Under the pieces are notes generated by a model. That model did no database searches. It was not told the DNA's origin and worked only from the letters and a program-made list of their open reading frames with translations. A DNA stretch of 64,000 nucleotides from a virus (Duplodnaviria > Caudoviricetes): positions 32,001 to 96,000 of the IMG/VR virus record IMGVR_UViG_3300031998_000003; one strand, 5' to 3'. This document shows, one piece after another, positions 27,893 to 38,013 of this stretch. Position 1 is the first letter of the stretch, and each line of letters begins with the position of its first letter. A program made the position numbers and the translations under genes.

Positions 27893-29818
27893 ATGAATCC
27901 ATATCATGCATATTTAAACTCCATATTTGAAATGTATATGCAGACACATCCGAATGCGAATCCAGATAAAGTAAAGCAGCATATACAAGATCTGACTGAT
28001 CAGCATTTTAAAGACATACCGTGTAATCTACACAACAACCTTACAGATGAACGTGTTGACACGACTGTCTGCAATGTATTTGACTGGATAGATCAACGAC
28101 AACCGATCATTTCTGGTAATGCAACATTCTTCAAACAACATGAAGAGCAGTTGGCTCCGATTGTTGTTATGCTGGAAACTCTTCAGAAGGAAAGAAAATC
28201 CGTCAAGAAAGAAATGTACAAATACGACAAAAAGTCAGTTGAGTATGCTTTGTTGAATACTGAGCAGGGTTCAATCAAGGTCATTATGAATGCTGACTAC
28301 GGCGGGTCTGGAACGACGTTGTCTGCATTCTATTCGTGCTATATACCACCGGCAACAACCGGATCGGCACGTGTAATGACCACGACCTTAATCTGCTGTT
28401 TGGAAATGCTCTCAGGAAACAAGAATAAATGGGCAAAGATCCAAACGATTAATGGATTATACGATTTCATCAATATCGTATTAACAGACACCGAAGAACG
28501 AGCCTTGATCAATGATGTTTATTCTGTCGACGAGGTTGTAGCACAACTGATGTCATTTGTACAGCAATATACTATTAGAGATATTGACGTATTGAAGATG
28601 TATATTGCGACATTGACGAATGAACAGCGAACAAAGCTGATGCTGGCGTTTAATGTCAAGCTTGTTCTGACGAAATATGTTGCAAATGAAGTTGCTGATG
28701 TTATGAAATATTTGAAGTCACATAAGCTGGATCTAAATAACATCACAGAAGAGACTTTAAAGATTTCTGGATTCGGTTTGGAGATCCCACCGGAAATCAA
28801 AGCACCTGTTGAAGTCATAAACAAGCTCGTTGCAGACAACTGTTGCTATCCATTTATCCTGAACGATAATGAGATTCGTGCCGCTGAAATGGAACGTCTG
28901 ATTGTGTGTGTTACAGATACCGATTCACTGATGGTACACTTTGCACATTATCTCGATGAGTTCCAAGCACATGTTCCAAACTTCCGTGACAGTTGTCTGA
29001 TTGCAACAGCATTGGGTATGCGTTTGTTTGTCGAAACAATCATTCCTCGGATGGTTGTATACTTAACCAGAGGATGCAATATCAAAGACAAATATTATTC
29101 AGACAAGTTCGTGTTCAAGAATGAGTTCGGCTTCCTGGCAATGGCATTAATTGCAAAGAAAATGTATGCGTCATCAATGTTTGTTCAGGAAGGAAACCCG
29201 AGAGATATTCACGATATCGCTGTATCAGGTTTGTCATTTAAGAAACGAGATTCTGCTGAGTTCTTGGAGCCTGTTATGGTAAATCTTTATGACAAATATG
29301 TGTTGACAAACGATCATGTTCGTCCAGATGGAATTTTGGATGAATATGATGCACTGCGACATAAAATCTTGGGTGAATTGGATCAACACACAGGATATTA
29401 TCAGGTACAGAGTATCAAAGATGTTTCTGCATATTCTGCTGATAAAGTTCTCCCTGAACAGATGCGTGGTGCATTGGTCTGGAATGCAGTCATGCCTGAC
29501 GAACAGCTTCTTCCGATGGACCGTGTTATCGTGGTACGTCTATCATTTGATTTGATGCGAAAGTATGCCTCTAGTAATCCGAAGATTGCGGAAGTATTGC
29601 GATTGTCATTAATTAATAATGAGAAAGAAAAGTATGATCCGTTTATCTGTTTACCGGAGAACTACAAGGAACTGCCCGACTGGATTAAGCCAATCATTGA
29701 TAAAGAAGGAACGACTGATCGTTTGCTGACACCGTGCAAACAGCTGTTGAGTTTGTTCGATATCATGGTTGCTGAAACCAGAGCTGGAGTTGTTTCGTCC
29801 AGAATGATCTATTTATAA
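27893..29818 (+). CDS. Family B DNA polymerase, catalytic subunit of a split enzyme
   Basis: Motif B QGSIKVIMNADYG, motif C TDTDS, AKKMYA and GLSFKKRD. No exonuclease domain or motif A recognised. Confidence 0.85.
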   Translation: MNPYHAYLNSIFEMYMQTHPNANPDKVKQHIQDLTDQHFKDIPCNLHNNLTDERVDTTVCNVFDWIDQRQPIISGNATFFKQHEEQLAPIVVMLETLQKERKSVKKEMYKYDKKSVEYALLNTEQGSIKVIMNADYGGSGTTLSAFYSCYIPPATTGSARVMTTTLICCLEMLSGNKNKWAKIQTINGLYDFINIVLTDTEERALINDVYSVDEVVAQLMSFVQQYTIRDIDVLKMYIATLTNEQRTKLMLAFNVKLVLTKYVANEVADVMKYLKSHKLDLNNITEETLKISGFGLEIPPEIKAPVEVINKLVADNCCYPFILNDNEIRAAEMERLIVCVTDTDSLMVHFAHYLDEFQAHVPNFRDSCLIATALGMRLFVETIIPRMVVYLTRGCNIKDKYYSDKFVFKNEFGFLAMALIAKKMYASSMFVQEGNPRDIHDIAVSGLSFKKRDSAEFLEPVMVNLYDKYVLTNDHVRPDGILDEYDALRHKILGELDQHTGYYQVQSIKDVSAYSADKVLPEQMRGALVWNAVMPDEQLLPMDRVIVVRLSFDLMRKYASSNPKIAEVLRLSLINNEKEKYDPFICLPENYKELPDWIKPIIDKEGTTDRLLTPCKQLLSLFDIMVAETRAGVVSSRMIYL

Positions 29819-29827
29819 GGAAAGGAG

Positions 29828-30385
29828 GTGTACATTATGGATGAAGAGCTGTACACCTGGCTGGAGTCATTTTCAGGTGCATCGTATGATCTCACGAGCA
29901 CAATCTATTCGATTGAAGCCACATTACCATTCATATCTCCGTTTGACTGGAGAACTTCGATTGACAATGTTCTCGAACAGATGGATGAGGCTTGTGCGGT
30001 TATTGAGAAATACGGTAAGAGTCTTCCGGACAATCTTCCCAATAAGCAGGAAGCAAAGCGTCAGTATGTAATGACCGTGCTCGGTATGCTTGTGGATAAT
30101 GTCCGTGCCGTATGCCGACAACTGAATATCGATATCGATGATATCACGACGGTTGATAAGTTGAAAGACATCGTATTGGCTTTGTCTGAGCTGATTGATA
30201 TGTTCATCAACAATGATATCGACACGATCAAAAAAGATGGATTGTATGATCAGCATGAGGATGATAATGACGACTCATTCAGAGAAATCCTGAATGTTGA
30301 TGAACGTGATCTTGTGCAACTTTCGTACAATGTATCACAGATCAGATCCACATATTTCATGACCCTTGATGATGATTCCGAATAA
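29828..30385 (+). CDS. Hypothetical acidic protein
   Basis: 185-aa ORF with RBS AGGAGG. Confidence 0.75.
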   Translation: MYIMDEELYTWLESFSGASYDLTSTIYSIEATLPFISPFDWRTSIDNVLEQMDEACAVIEKYGKSLPDNLPNKQEAKRQYVMTVLGMLVDNVRAVCRQLNIDIDDITTVDKLKDIVLALSELIDMFINNDIDTIKKDGLYDQHEDDNDDSFREILNVDERDLVQLSYNVSQIRSTYFMTLDDDSE

Positions 30386-30447
30386 CAATAATAGTATTTC
30401 GTGAATTAACATCACTATACCACACTTTATGCGAGGAGGAAATAACA

Positions 30448-31020
30448 ATGCCTTTCCAGAATTCCAATTTCGGAGGAAACTCCAACAACCAGCAGCAAGA
30501 CGGTGAGAAGAAGAAAACAAATTATCGTCTTGGACGTTTCTACGGATCCGATGCAATCCTTGAGGTGTCCGTTTGGATCTCGAACTCTTCGGTCAACACG
30601 ATTCTCCAGATCAAGTCTGCAGTCGGTAAAGACCCGAGCACTGGACAGAACGTGTACGAGAACAAGGGTCCGATGGAAATCCCGCGTGTGTTCTTGAAGC
30701 CGGATCAGCTCCGGTTATTCACCGACTATATCAAGACACATGATTCAATCGACTGGTCGCCAAGTGATAATTCCCACATCACAATTACCGGCATCAACAA
30801 TGGTGACATCAAGATTACCATTGCTGAGAAGAAACATCCACAACCGCGCACAATCACGTTCCCAGCAATTCCTGTCAGCAACGGTAATGTCCAGAATGGA
30901 AACTGGGAGAACATTCTGACAATTCTGGACATCGCACTCGACAGAGCACTGTTGATCAAGCTGAATCCGGATGCTTTCTCCGACGCAAACCCGACGGCAA
31001 CCGATGATCTCCCGATCTGA
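30448..31020 (+). CDS. Putative single-stranded DNA-binding protein
   Basis: Beta-rich core, C-terminal DDLPI resembling the SSB tail DDIPF, and location in the replication operon. Confidence 0.5.
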   Translation: MPFQNSNFGGNSNNQQQDGEKKKTNYRLGRFYGSDAILEVSVWISNSSVNTILQIKSAVGKDPSTGQNVYENKGPMEIPRVFLKPDQLRLFTDYIKTHDSIDWSPSDNSHITITGINNGDIKITIAEKKHPQPRTITFPAIPVSNGNVQNGNWENILTILDIALDRALLIKLNPDAFSDANPTATDDLPI

Positions 31021-31642
31021 GATACTGGACTGGTCTTTCATTGGAAAAGAAGGGTTGATCATCCAATTCGAAGACCTAGTATCGTTTATCGGCTGGAACG
31101 CCTCTGAGTATATCAATAATGCTCAGGGGCGTCCTGTCTCTAAAACAAAGGATGAACGTCTGGTAGATTACATTAATCGATTGGACTATGATATTCCTGC
31201 GTTTGTCAAAGAGACAACTGGTGTTGATATCACCATGGAACAATTGATCAACTCGAAACACGCAACACCACCAAACGTATTATATGCGTTCAGAATGTTC
31301 AAGGCTTCCGTGGACAACGGATTGACAAACCTGATGATTCATTCAAATGTATATTCTCCGTTGTTGGAATCGTATATTAAAGAGGCTGTCAAAGAGGCCA
31401 AATATGTACACGGGGATATTGTCCCCGTGTTAAAAGACAATCCTAACTGCACGTATACGACTTCCGATCCCGCAAACATACGAAAGTGTGTAAATGTCGG
31501 AGTGCCGTTCGCTTTAACAATTTGCGACGACTTCATGTACGTTGCAGACGTCGTGACTGACGACAAATTGCTGAATCAACTCAAAGAACAGAATGTGTTT
31601 GTTCAATATACAAGCATAATGGGAAGTGGATTGATTCGGTAG
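30971..31642 (+). CDS. Hypothetical protein, possibly degenerate HAD-like fold
   Basis: ORF in the replication operon; true start probably 31004. Confidence 0.6.
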   Translation: MLSPTQTRRQPMISRSEILDWSFIGKEGLIIQFEDLVSFIGWNASEYINNAQGRPVSKTKDERLVDYINRLDYDIPAFVKETTGVDITMEQLINSKHATPPNVLYAFRMFKASVDNGLTNLMIHSNVYSPLLESYIKEAVKEAKYVHGDIVPVLKDNPNCTYTTSDPANIRKCVNVGVPFALTICDDFMYVADVVTDDKLLNQLKEQNVFVQYTSIMGSGLIR

Positions 31643-31672
31643 CATATCACTCGCACGAAAGGGAGGAACAAT

Positions 31673-33313
31673 GTGAAAGAACCGGTAAACAAGACTATGT
31701 TGTACTTGTATGATCCAGAAGCCGAATACACGTACAACGCTGCACATGGTACTGTATATGAGTACAATGGTTTCCCAACTGGATGGAACGGTCGAAAATA
31801 CAAGAAGACTCGATTCATTGGATGGGAACCGATCCCTGAGGATATCATTATTCGTCATGCAGGTTCACAAATCTTTGTGAACTTCTCGGCATTGTTCCCT
31901 GATAATGTTATCGATCCTGCGATTCAATTGTTTCAGATGAGAACGAGAAGACTCGATCTTCAGAATCTGATTTGTGAACAGATCAATTTCTTCACGGCTT
32001 TATACGATGATGACAATGACCTGATCACAAGTATGTTGATTGCAAAGTATCTGACGGACTCTCAAACATACACCATCGTGACGTTTGATGAGTTCCAGAA
32101 GCAGCTGTTTGAGATTCTGTTCCCTGAAAGAACAATTGCAAAGATCAGAAAGATGGTTGAAGAGAATGACGTTGGTGACGATGTCAAAGGTTTGTTCCCG
32201 GAAGATATGCCACGTGATATCTTCATTGTATCTTTCATGATCAAAGTTATGCACATCTTTATCGAACACTTCATCATTTCCACAGGCAATTCTCCGAAGG
32301 ATTTGTATGAGCTGTTTGCCACTGCATTTACCAATATCATGAATCACATTAACCCGAACATCTACGTGTTGTTGTATGATTACGTGTACAACTCTGTCGT
32401 TCAAAGCTGTTCATCGAACTCGAATATCTATGATATGCAGGCGATCGATGGCGTCACAATTCCGACAACAACGCAGTATGTTATGCGTAAGAGTCTGCTG
32501 TGCGATGGTCTGATTAAACTGACATTTGCATCTGTTTGGGATAAAATAAACAAGCGTCCAACATATTCCTGTGTTGGTTTGATCAAAGCGATCATCACTC
32601 AGGCATCATTCGTAACCAGAAAGGTTCAGCTTCGGTATTCGCTCGTTAATGTGGATGATGTGTCACAGCTCCTCTCCGATCAGATTTCAGCCAACTCCCC
32701 GATCTCCATGATTCGTTCGTTCAATCCTGGTGAATATTGCTGTATGTTCATTGATCTAAATACGATCATTGCAAGAATCGCGATGGAAACGAATCTCGAA
32801 CCACTGGATTTCTATCTGCAGAATCTTCCACAGATGAATGATCTCTCTAAGATTCTGATTGAGTTCGTGTTGTATAACAAGTTTCACTCGTCATTGTCTA
32901 TCAATACATTGTCGATGAAACAGAAGTACATTCTGTTGTTGTATGTAAGAAGCGTTGTCATGCAACTTTATATGTTGGACGAGCAGTCTACAACGACAAA
33001 CGCGATCGTCAATATGCTTACAGCAAAGACAGTGAATCATGCAACCAAGACGCTGACTCAAAAGGATTTGAATTCCATCAAGAAATATGTGAAACTTAAC
33101 AACCTGAAACAGCATCTCCTCTCCGATAATAACGTGAATGCTTTTGTCGAATCGATTATGCATACGATTCTGTCATCATATACTATCGTCAATCATAACG
33201 ATCCCGATCTTCTCGATGTATCGTTACAGTATGATGCAAATGCAATGACAATCGATCTGTTGGATTTGTGTGTACGGTTGTTTGATTACATTGCCCAACC
33301 CCAAGCAGTATAA
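31673..33313 (+). CDS. Putative sigma-like promoter-specificity subunit of non-virion RNAP (AR9 gp226/phiKZ gp68-like)
   Basis: 546 aa, apparently helical, directly upstream of beta'-N. Inferred from size, context and remembered resemblance (SFMIKVM..I.HF; NIY..LY..V). Confidence 0.45.
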   Translation: MKEPVNKTMLYLYDPEAEYTYNAAHGTVYEYNGFPTGWNGRKYKKTRFIGWEPIPEDIIIRHAGSQIFVNFSALFPDNVIDPAIQLFQMRTRRLDLQNLICEQINFFTALYDDDNDLITSMLIAKYLTDSQTYTIVTFDEFQKQLFEILFPERTIAKIRKMVEENDVGDDVKGLFPEDMPRDIFIVSFMIKVMHIFIEHFIISTGNSPKDLYELFATAFTNIMNHINPNIYVLLYDYVYNSVVQSCSSNSNIYDMQAIDGVTIPTTTQYVMRKSLLCDGLIKLTFASVWDKINKRPTYSCVGLIKAIITQASFVTRKVQLRYSLVNVDDVSQLLSDQISANSPISMIRSFNPGEYCCMFIDLNTIIARIAMETNLEPLDFYLQNLPQMNDLSKILIEFVLYNKFHSSLSINTLSMKQKYILLLYVRSVVMQLYMLDEQSTTTNAIVNMLTAKTVNHATKTLTQKDLNSIKKYVKLNNLKQHLLSDNNVNAFVESIMHTILSSYTIVNHNDPDLLDVSLQYDANAMTIDLLDLCVRLFDYIAQPQAV

Positions 33314-33333
33314 AGAAAGGAGCGTGATGCTAT

Positions 33334-34716
33334 ATGCGAGCTGAACGAATCAATATGAATATCGAGTATCTCGCAGACTTGGCAACACATAATGGGTTTC
33401 GCATCGAGAATGAAGACCAGTATTCTCCTACAAATGTTGATGCATGGGTAAACTCTCAGAAGTTTACGGATGTTGAATACAGATGTGATTGTGGTGCGTT
33501 TACTGGTCAGGAATTTATCGGCCAAACATGCCCGAGATGCCATACAGAAATCATCCTGCATTCTCTGAATTTCGGCTATACTGGATGGATTCCACTGAAT
33601 GGTCATCGCGTTATCACGCCGGTATATTATGTCATGCTGAAGCGTGTTCTGGGTACACAAATGCTGCGGTATATCCTTGGTGATTACAAGGAAAAACAGA
33701 CAATCAAATACAACGAAAATGACAATGGTGAAATTGCTGAAGAAAAGAAACAAAAACGTGCAGGAAGAATCGCAGCCGATGACATCAGAGCAATCGAAGC
33801 TAAGATTCCGAAATCCAAGCGGATGTACAAAGGTCTCGGTCATGACGGATTCTATGAAAGATTCGAAGAAGTCATAAGAGCATGTGCGCCTAAAAATGAT
33901 GAAGAGGCCGAGACATTGATTCGTGAAAAGGATGCTGTGTTCACAACTCAGATTCCGGTATATTCTACTGCATTTCGTCCGGTGTCAAAAACTTCAGAAA
34001 CCAAGTTCTATCCAAAGATCAACAAGCCGATTGCAATGATGATATCAGTTGCTTGTAAGATGGAGAACATGCAACTCCAGCTGGAGTATATTCAGGCATT
34101 GAATTACATTCAGTCATGTTGGATGGACGCAGTTGAGCATTTGATCAAGAATGAAATCTCCAAAAAAGAAGGTTTCGTTCGTTCTGAAATTGTTGGCGGT
34201 GGATTCCTGTTTTCAGCTCGGTGTGTTATCACGTTCGATAACACACTGAATGTTGACGAAGTTGATCTTCCGTATTCGATGGTACTGACAGCATATCAGT
34301 TCAGAATCACGAGAATGCTTGCAACGCGTTATAATATGACGCTGGAACAGGCATATTTGTTCGTCAATACCAATGAACAGAATGAACTTGTGAAGTCTCT
34401 GCTGGATGAGATATTGTCAACACCACAATGGATCATCTATCTACGTGAGCCAACAAATAATATCGCATCGATCGTTCTGGCAAAAATTCGTCGTTACAAG
34501 ATGAACGATGATACTATGTCCGTTCCGCCTGAGCCTCTGCGTGGTTTGAATGCAGACTTCGATGGTGATGCTTTGGACATCTTGTTCCTGACTGATCAGC
34601 TGGTCCCGATGTTTATGTCGTTCCACTATTCATGTATGATTGATTACGTCAATGAGCGTATTCGTCTGGAAATGAAAGAATGGAATGATATTGCTATTGG
34701 AAGAATGACTGAATAA
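33334..34716 (+). CDS. Phage RNA polymerase beta' N-terminal subunit (catalytic)
   Basis: Zn finger CDCG...CPRC, GWIPL, KEGFVRSEIVG...SARCVI, LREPT and catalytic NADFDGD. Confidence 0.93.
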   Translation: MRAERINMNIEYLADLATHNGFRIENEDQYSPTNVDAWVNSQKFTDVEYRCDCGAFTGQEFIGQTCPRCHTEIILHSLNFGYTGWIPLNGHRVITPVYYVMLKRVLGTQMLRYILGDYKEKQTIKYNENDNGEIAEEKKQKRAGRIAADDIRAIEAKIPKSKRMYKGLGHDGFYERFEEVIRACAPKNDEEAETLIREKDAVFTTQIPVYSTAFRPVSKTSETKFYPKINKPIAMMISVACKMENMQLQLEYIQALNYIQSCWMDAVEHLIKNEISKKEGFVRSEIVGGGFLFSARCVITFDNTLNVDEVDLPYSMVLTAYQFRITRMLATRYNMTLEQAYLFVNTNEQNELVKSLLDEILSTPQWIIYLREPTNNIASIVLAKIRRYKMNDDTMSVPPEPLRGLNADFDGDALDILFLTDQLVPMFMSFHYSCMIDYVNERIRLEMKEWNDIAIGRMTE

Positions 34717-34723
34717 GAAGTAG

Positions 34724-34745
34724 TGGGAGGGCAAACGCCCTCCCA
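34724..34745 (+). terminator. Intrinsic terminator
   Basis: tgggagggc-aaac-gccctccca with a downstream T run. Confidence 0.7.
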
Positions 34746-34763
34746 TATAACTTCATTTTTTTT

Positions 34764-35399
34764 TTATTGTGCGATTGTGATGTCGTACGGCTTTCCAACA
34801 TTGCGTTGTTTATAATTCAATTCATCGCCGACTTTCAAGACACCCCAAATATCAGATGATATTTCAACATACTTAAGCTCGGTGTCATTCGAATTGACCA
34901 GTTGTCCGATTGCAGTATATATCCGAGAACGATATGATTCGCGTTCTGCACCAATTCCATCAGATCGATCTGACGTTTTTAATGTGAATTCTCCGAAGTA
35001 TGGTTCATGATCGTATCCTTGTGTTGGAACACGTCGAGTCACATGCCATTCGTTTCTGTCATAATCATACCGAGTCACATAGTATGTTTCCGTACGGCTC
35101 TTTCCATCTTGATCCACGACAGTTCTAGTTTTTCGTTTTCTATACGAATGAACATTATACGCATCTGATGGATAGTCACTCTCGTCAGTATGATGGATCA
35201 CTTGATATTCTTCAATATTCACAGTATATTCCCATTGAATATTCTTAACCTGCATGGTATAATCATGTGGTTTCAGCAGATAGGCAAAGAGAAATATTAC
35301 ACCCAGAATAGCACCAATGATGACGCCATAATGAATCCAATCATCATGGATTCGAATGCTTTTGTTCTGGGTAATTTTGAGCTCATGATAAACGTCCAT
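34764..35399 (-). CDS. Membrane-anchored hypothetical protein
   Basis: Transmembrane segment YGVIIGAILGVIFLFAYLL. Confidence 0.7.
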   Translation of the reverse strand: MDVYHELKITQNKSIRIHDDWIHYGVIIGAILGVIFLFAYLLKPHDYTMQVKNIQWEYTVNIEEYQVIHHTDESDYPSDAYNVHSYRKRKTRTVVDQDGKSRTETYYVTRYDYDRNEWHVTRRVPTQGYDHEPYFGEFTLKTSDRSDGIGAERESYRSRIYTAIGQLVNSNDTELKYVEISSDIWGVLKVGDELNYKQRNVGKPYDITIAQ

Positions 35400-35703
35400 C
35401 TGCACCACCCTTATATCTGTCAGCGTTAATTCTGTCGAGTATAACAATCTCTTCATTAGCAAGTTCATCCGGACGAATCACAAGTTCTTGACGAACATTC
35501 TTCCAGGAGTCATCTTTGGCGTAATATACAATACGTGCTTCGTGATGCACATCGGTATCTGTGTGAACGGGAAATACATCAACACAAATTCCACAGATGA
35601 TGTCTTCATTAAACACGGTCCTATTGTTTAATACGTACAGATCACCAACACGAAAGAAATCCGTGTCGATATCATGCAATGTTATTGTACGTAACCCATT
35701 CAT
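35383..35703 (-). CDS. Hypothetical protein (repeated beta-barrel family)
   Basis: RBS GAAAGGAG; DTDFFRVGDLY motif. Confidence 0.7.
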   Translation of the reverse strand: MNGLRTITLHDIDTDFFRVGDLYVLNNRTVFNEDIICGICVDVFPVHTDTDVHHEARIVYYAKDDSWKNVRQELVIRPDELANEEIVILDRINADRYKGGADGRLS

Positions 35704-35733
35704 ATTTGAAACTCCTTTCGGTAAGAAAAGAAT

Positions 35734-35751
35734 ACCCCGCGTTTGCGGGGT
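35734..35751. repeat. 18-bp hairpin, copy 1
   Basis: accccgcgtttgcggggt, identical to 36509-36526. Confidence 0.85.
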
Positions 35752-35764
35752 ATTCCATATATGA

Positions 35765-36475
35765 TTAATCAATTTTTTTCAGCTCTTCATCGATAACAAA
35801 GGAAATGTCATCATATGCTTCTTGGAATTTTTCAGGAATGAATTCATCACATCCGCCATTCCAAAGATCCGAAATGAATTTGAGGACGAGGTTGTTTTCA
35901 TCAGTACGAATCACCTCGTATCTTTCATAATCATTCCTATATTTTCTGTCACCAAATTTGTCTCTGTTTTCTTTTCTATCAAGAATCTCATCCGGATATT
36001 TCTTTATGAACACAACTCTTGAAGATGCACATGAAGCACCAACGAGTATATCCATCGGGTCAGTTGCATCTTTATTGATTTTTGTTATCCATGCTTCGAT
36101 CTTAAAAGCAATGTCATACTTTTCACAGTCACGCTGATCAGCCGGATGCTCGAACTCGATCACGCTATCAAGATTATCAATGTCACCATAACGTCTGATT
36201 GTGATATTAACCCATGGCTCGTTTTTGATATACGTGTCGTCAAGGCCCTTTTCAATATCAGCAGCTGAGCCAAGATTGATTGAGATTCCGATATAATCAG
36301 TGTCATTAGCATCGGACGGCTCCGGGTACGGGGTTACACGAGCTCCGAGTTCATTTTGAGCAAACGTGGCACATTTGTCAAGTATTCTAGCAAATGTCAT
36401 CACGGTCTCGTTGACACATGCTGCTTGAGCAGCAGCCTCATCCATTTTGTCTTTGAAAATGTCGGTGTAAATCAT
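35765..36475 (-). CDS. Hypothetical protein
   Basis: RBS GAAAGGAAG before ATG 36475. Confidence 0.7.
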   Translation of the reverse strand: MIYTDIFKDKMDEAAAQAACVNETVMTFARILDKCATFAQNELGARVTPYPEPSDANDTDYIGISINLGSAADIEKGLDDTYIKNEPWVNITIRRYGDIDNLDSVIEFEHPADQRDCEKYDIAFKIEAWITKINKDATDPMDILVGASCASSRVVFIKKYPDEILDRKENRDKFGDRKYRNDYERYEVIRTDENNLVLKFISDLWNGGCDEFIPEKFQEAYDDISFVIDEELKKID

Positions 36476-36508
36476 ACTAAACTTCCTTTCAGTTTGAAAT
36501 ATTAAATC

Positions 36509-36526
36509 ACCCCGCGTTTGCGGGGT
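36509..36526. repeat. 18-bp hairpin, copy 2
   Basis: accccgcgtttgcggggt. Confidence 0.85.
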
Positions 36527-36540
36527 GATTTTTAACATGA

Positions 36541-37914
36541 TTAAGCCGCTTCTTTCAGGTCATCAACAATCTTCGTGGTGAGATCATCGATGATATCATC
36601 CATGTCAAACCGCTTTGCACCAGACTCATCAAGCGGCGCTTTTGCGATAAGCTTCTCCAGCTCTTCTCGAGCAGTTTGCATGAAAATTTTGTATGTTGCG
36701 ATGTTGTTCTTGAAGTCATCGTAGCATGTCTTCCAAGTGAACTTCTCAGAGATCGGTTCACCATTCTCATCGGTAACTCTCCACCCAGCCTTGTTGCCTT
36801 TCAGGCGGCCTTTCTGTTTGAGGTACTCGATGAGTGTACGGATGTTGTCAACACCTTCCTTGCGTTTGTCAATGATGATGTTGAAGCCGAGCCCTGTCTT
36901 GACATTACCAGACTCATTTGTCGAACACTTGGTCGGCTCAAAGAGAACTGTATTGCCCTCGAAACCATCAGAGTCTTCATGGTAACGAGAATCCTCGGAT
37001 ACCAGACCAGACAGATTGAGAACAGTTGATGCATTGAACTCGACAGAAGAACCGCCGGAAATTCTCTCATCGTTTGCACCATACTGGAACTGCTTCTTGA
37101 CACCAGCAAATGGATTCAGCGCCATGTTCGCAGTCTTGTGTGCGATCGCGATCAGAATGATGTTTGCCTCGTGAAGCATCGGAAGGATATCTGTCAGAAG
37201 ACCACGAATTGTCTTTGCAGTCTGAGCACCGTACATATTACCACGGAGCTCTTTCGAATCTTCAACCCATTTCTTGTCATTGACATTGTACTCGTTCTCA
37301 ATGACATTCTGAATGGAATCGAGAAAGACAACTGTTGGAGGCATCAGCTTGATCGGACGATTCTGATCATCTACTTCACCAGTGTCCTTCAACAGATACT
37401 GCTTGTTCTGCATCTTGTTTGCATAGATCTCTGCGATGTCATTCTGAAGTGTGTCATAACCGATTGCACCAGACCGCAATGCATATCTCGGATAATCTCC
37501 AGAGAACCAGTGTGAATCCAGCTTCGATAGAGTCTTGACACGTTGCAGAACCAGACGCTGTTCGGCATCATAGTGTACGATGTTTCCACCATACTTCTCC
37601 GCGATTGCGGAAATGATCTGAATACAGATTGTTGTTTTATATGACTGCGTACGGCCAGTGACAACGTTGAACGATCCTGCCTGCAAACCTTTGCAGACAC
37701 GCTTCTTGATGAACTTATCTCCATCAAACACATTGACTTCATATCCCAGCGCATAGTCGATGATGGGAATACCTGTGCTGTAGGAATAGTCAACCAGCGT
37801 GTTCTTGGAGAATACACGGGATGTTCCATGACCGGATACGAATGACATGAAGTCCAACTTACCCAGGTCTTCCTCCAATGGAGTCTGTGTTTTTGTCCGT
37901 TTAATCGTTGGCAT
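36541..37914 (-). CDS. RecA/UvsX-like recombinase
   Basis: STGIPIIDYALG, Walker A GRTQSYKT, YDAEQ, Walker B VFLDS and ISGGSSVEFNAS. Confidence 0.85.
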   Translation of the reverse strand: MPTIKRTKTQTPLEEDLGKLDFMSFVSGHGTSRVFSKNTLVDYSYSTGIPIIDYALGYEVNVFDGDKFIKKRVCKGLQAGSFNVVTGRTQSYKTTICIQIISAIAEKYGGNIVHYDAEQRLVLQRVKTLSKLDSHWFSGDYPRYALRSGAIGYDTLQNDIAEIYANKMQNKQYLLKDTGEVDDQNRPIKLMPPTVVFLDSIQNVIENEYNVNDKKWVEDSKELRGNMYGAQTAKTIRGLLTDILPMLHEANIILIAIAHKTANMALNPFAGVKKQFQYGANDERISGGSSVEFNASTVLNLSGLVSEDSRYHEDSDGFEGNTVLFEPTKCSTNESGNVKTGLGFNIIIDKRKEGVDNIRTLIEYLKQKGRLKGNKAGWRVTDENGEPISEKFTWKTCYDDFKNNIATYKIFMQTAREELEKLIAKAPLDESGAKRFDMDDIIDDLTTKIVDDLKEAA

Positions 37915-38013
37915 TTGGGTTCCACCTTTCATGATTTTTTGGTATGAATAGGTTTCTGATATTCTTCGATATATCGACCTACTTCGTCCAAATGATGTAT
38001 ATGTCAAATTAAA

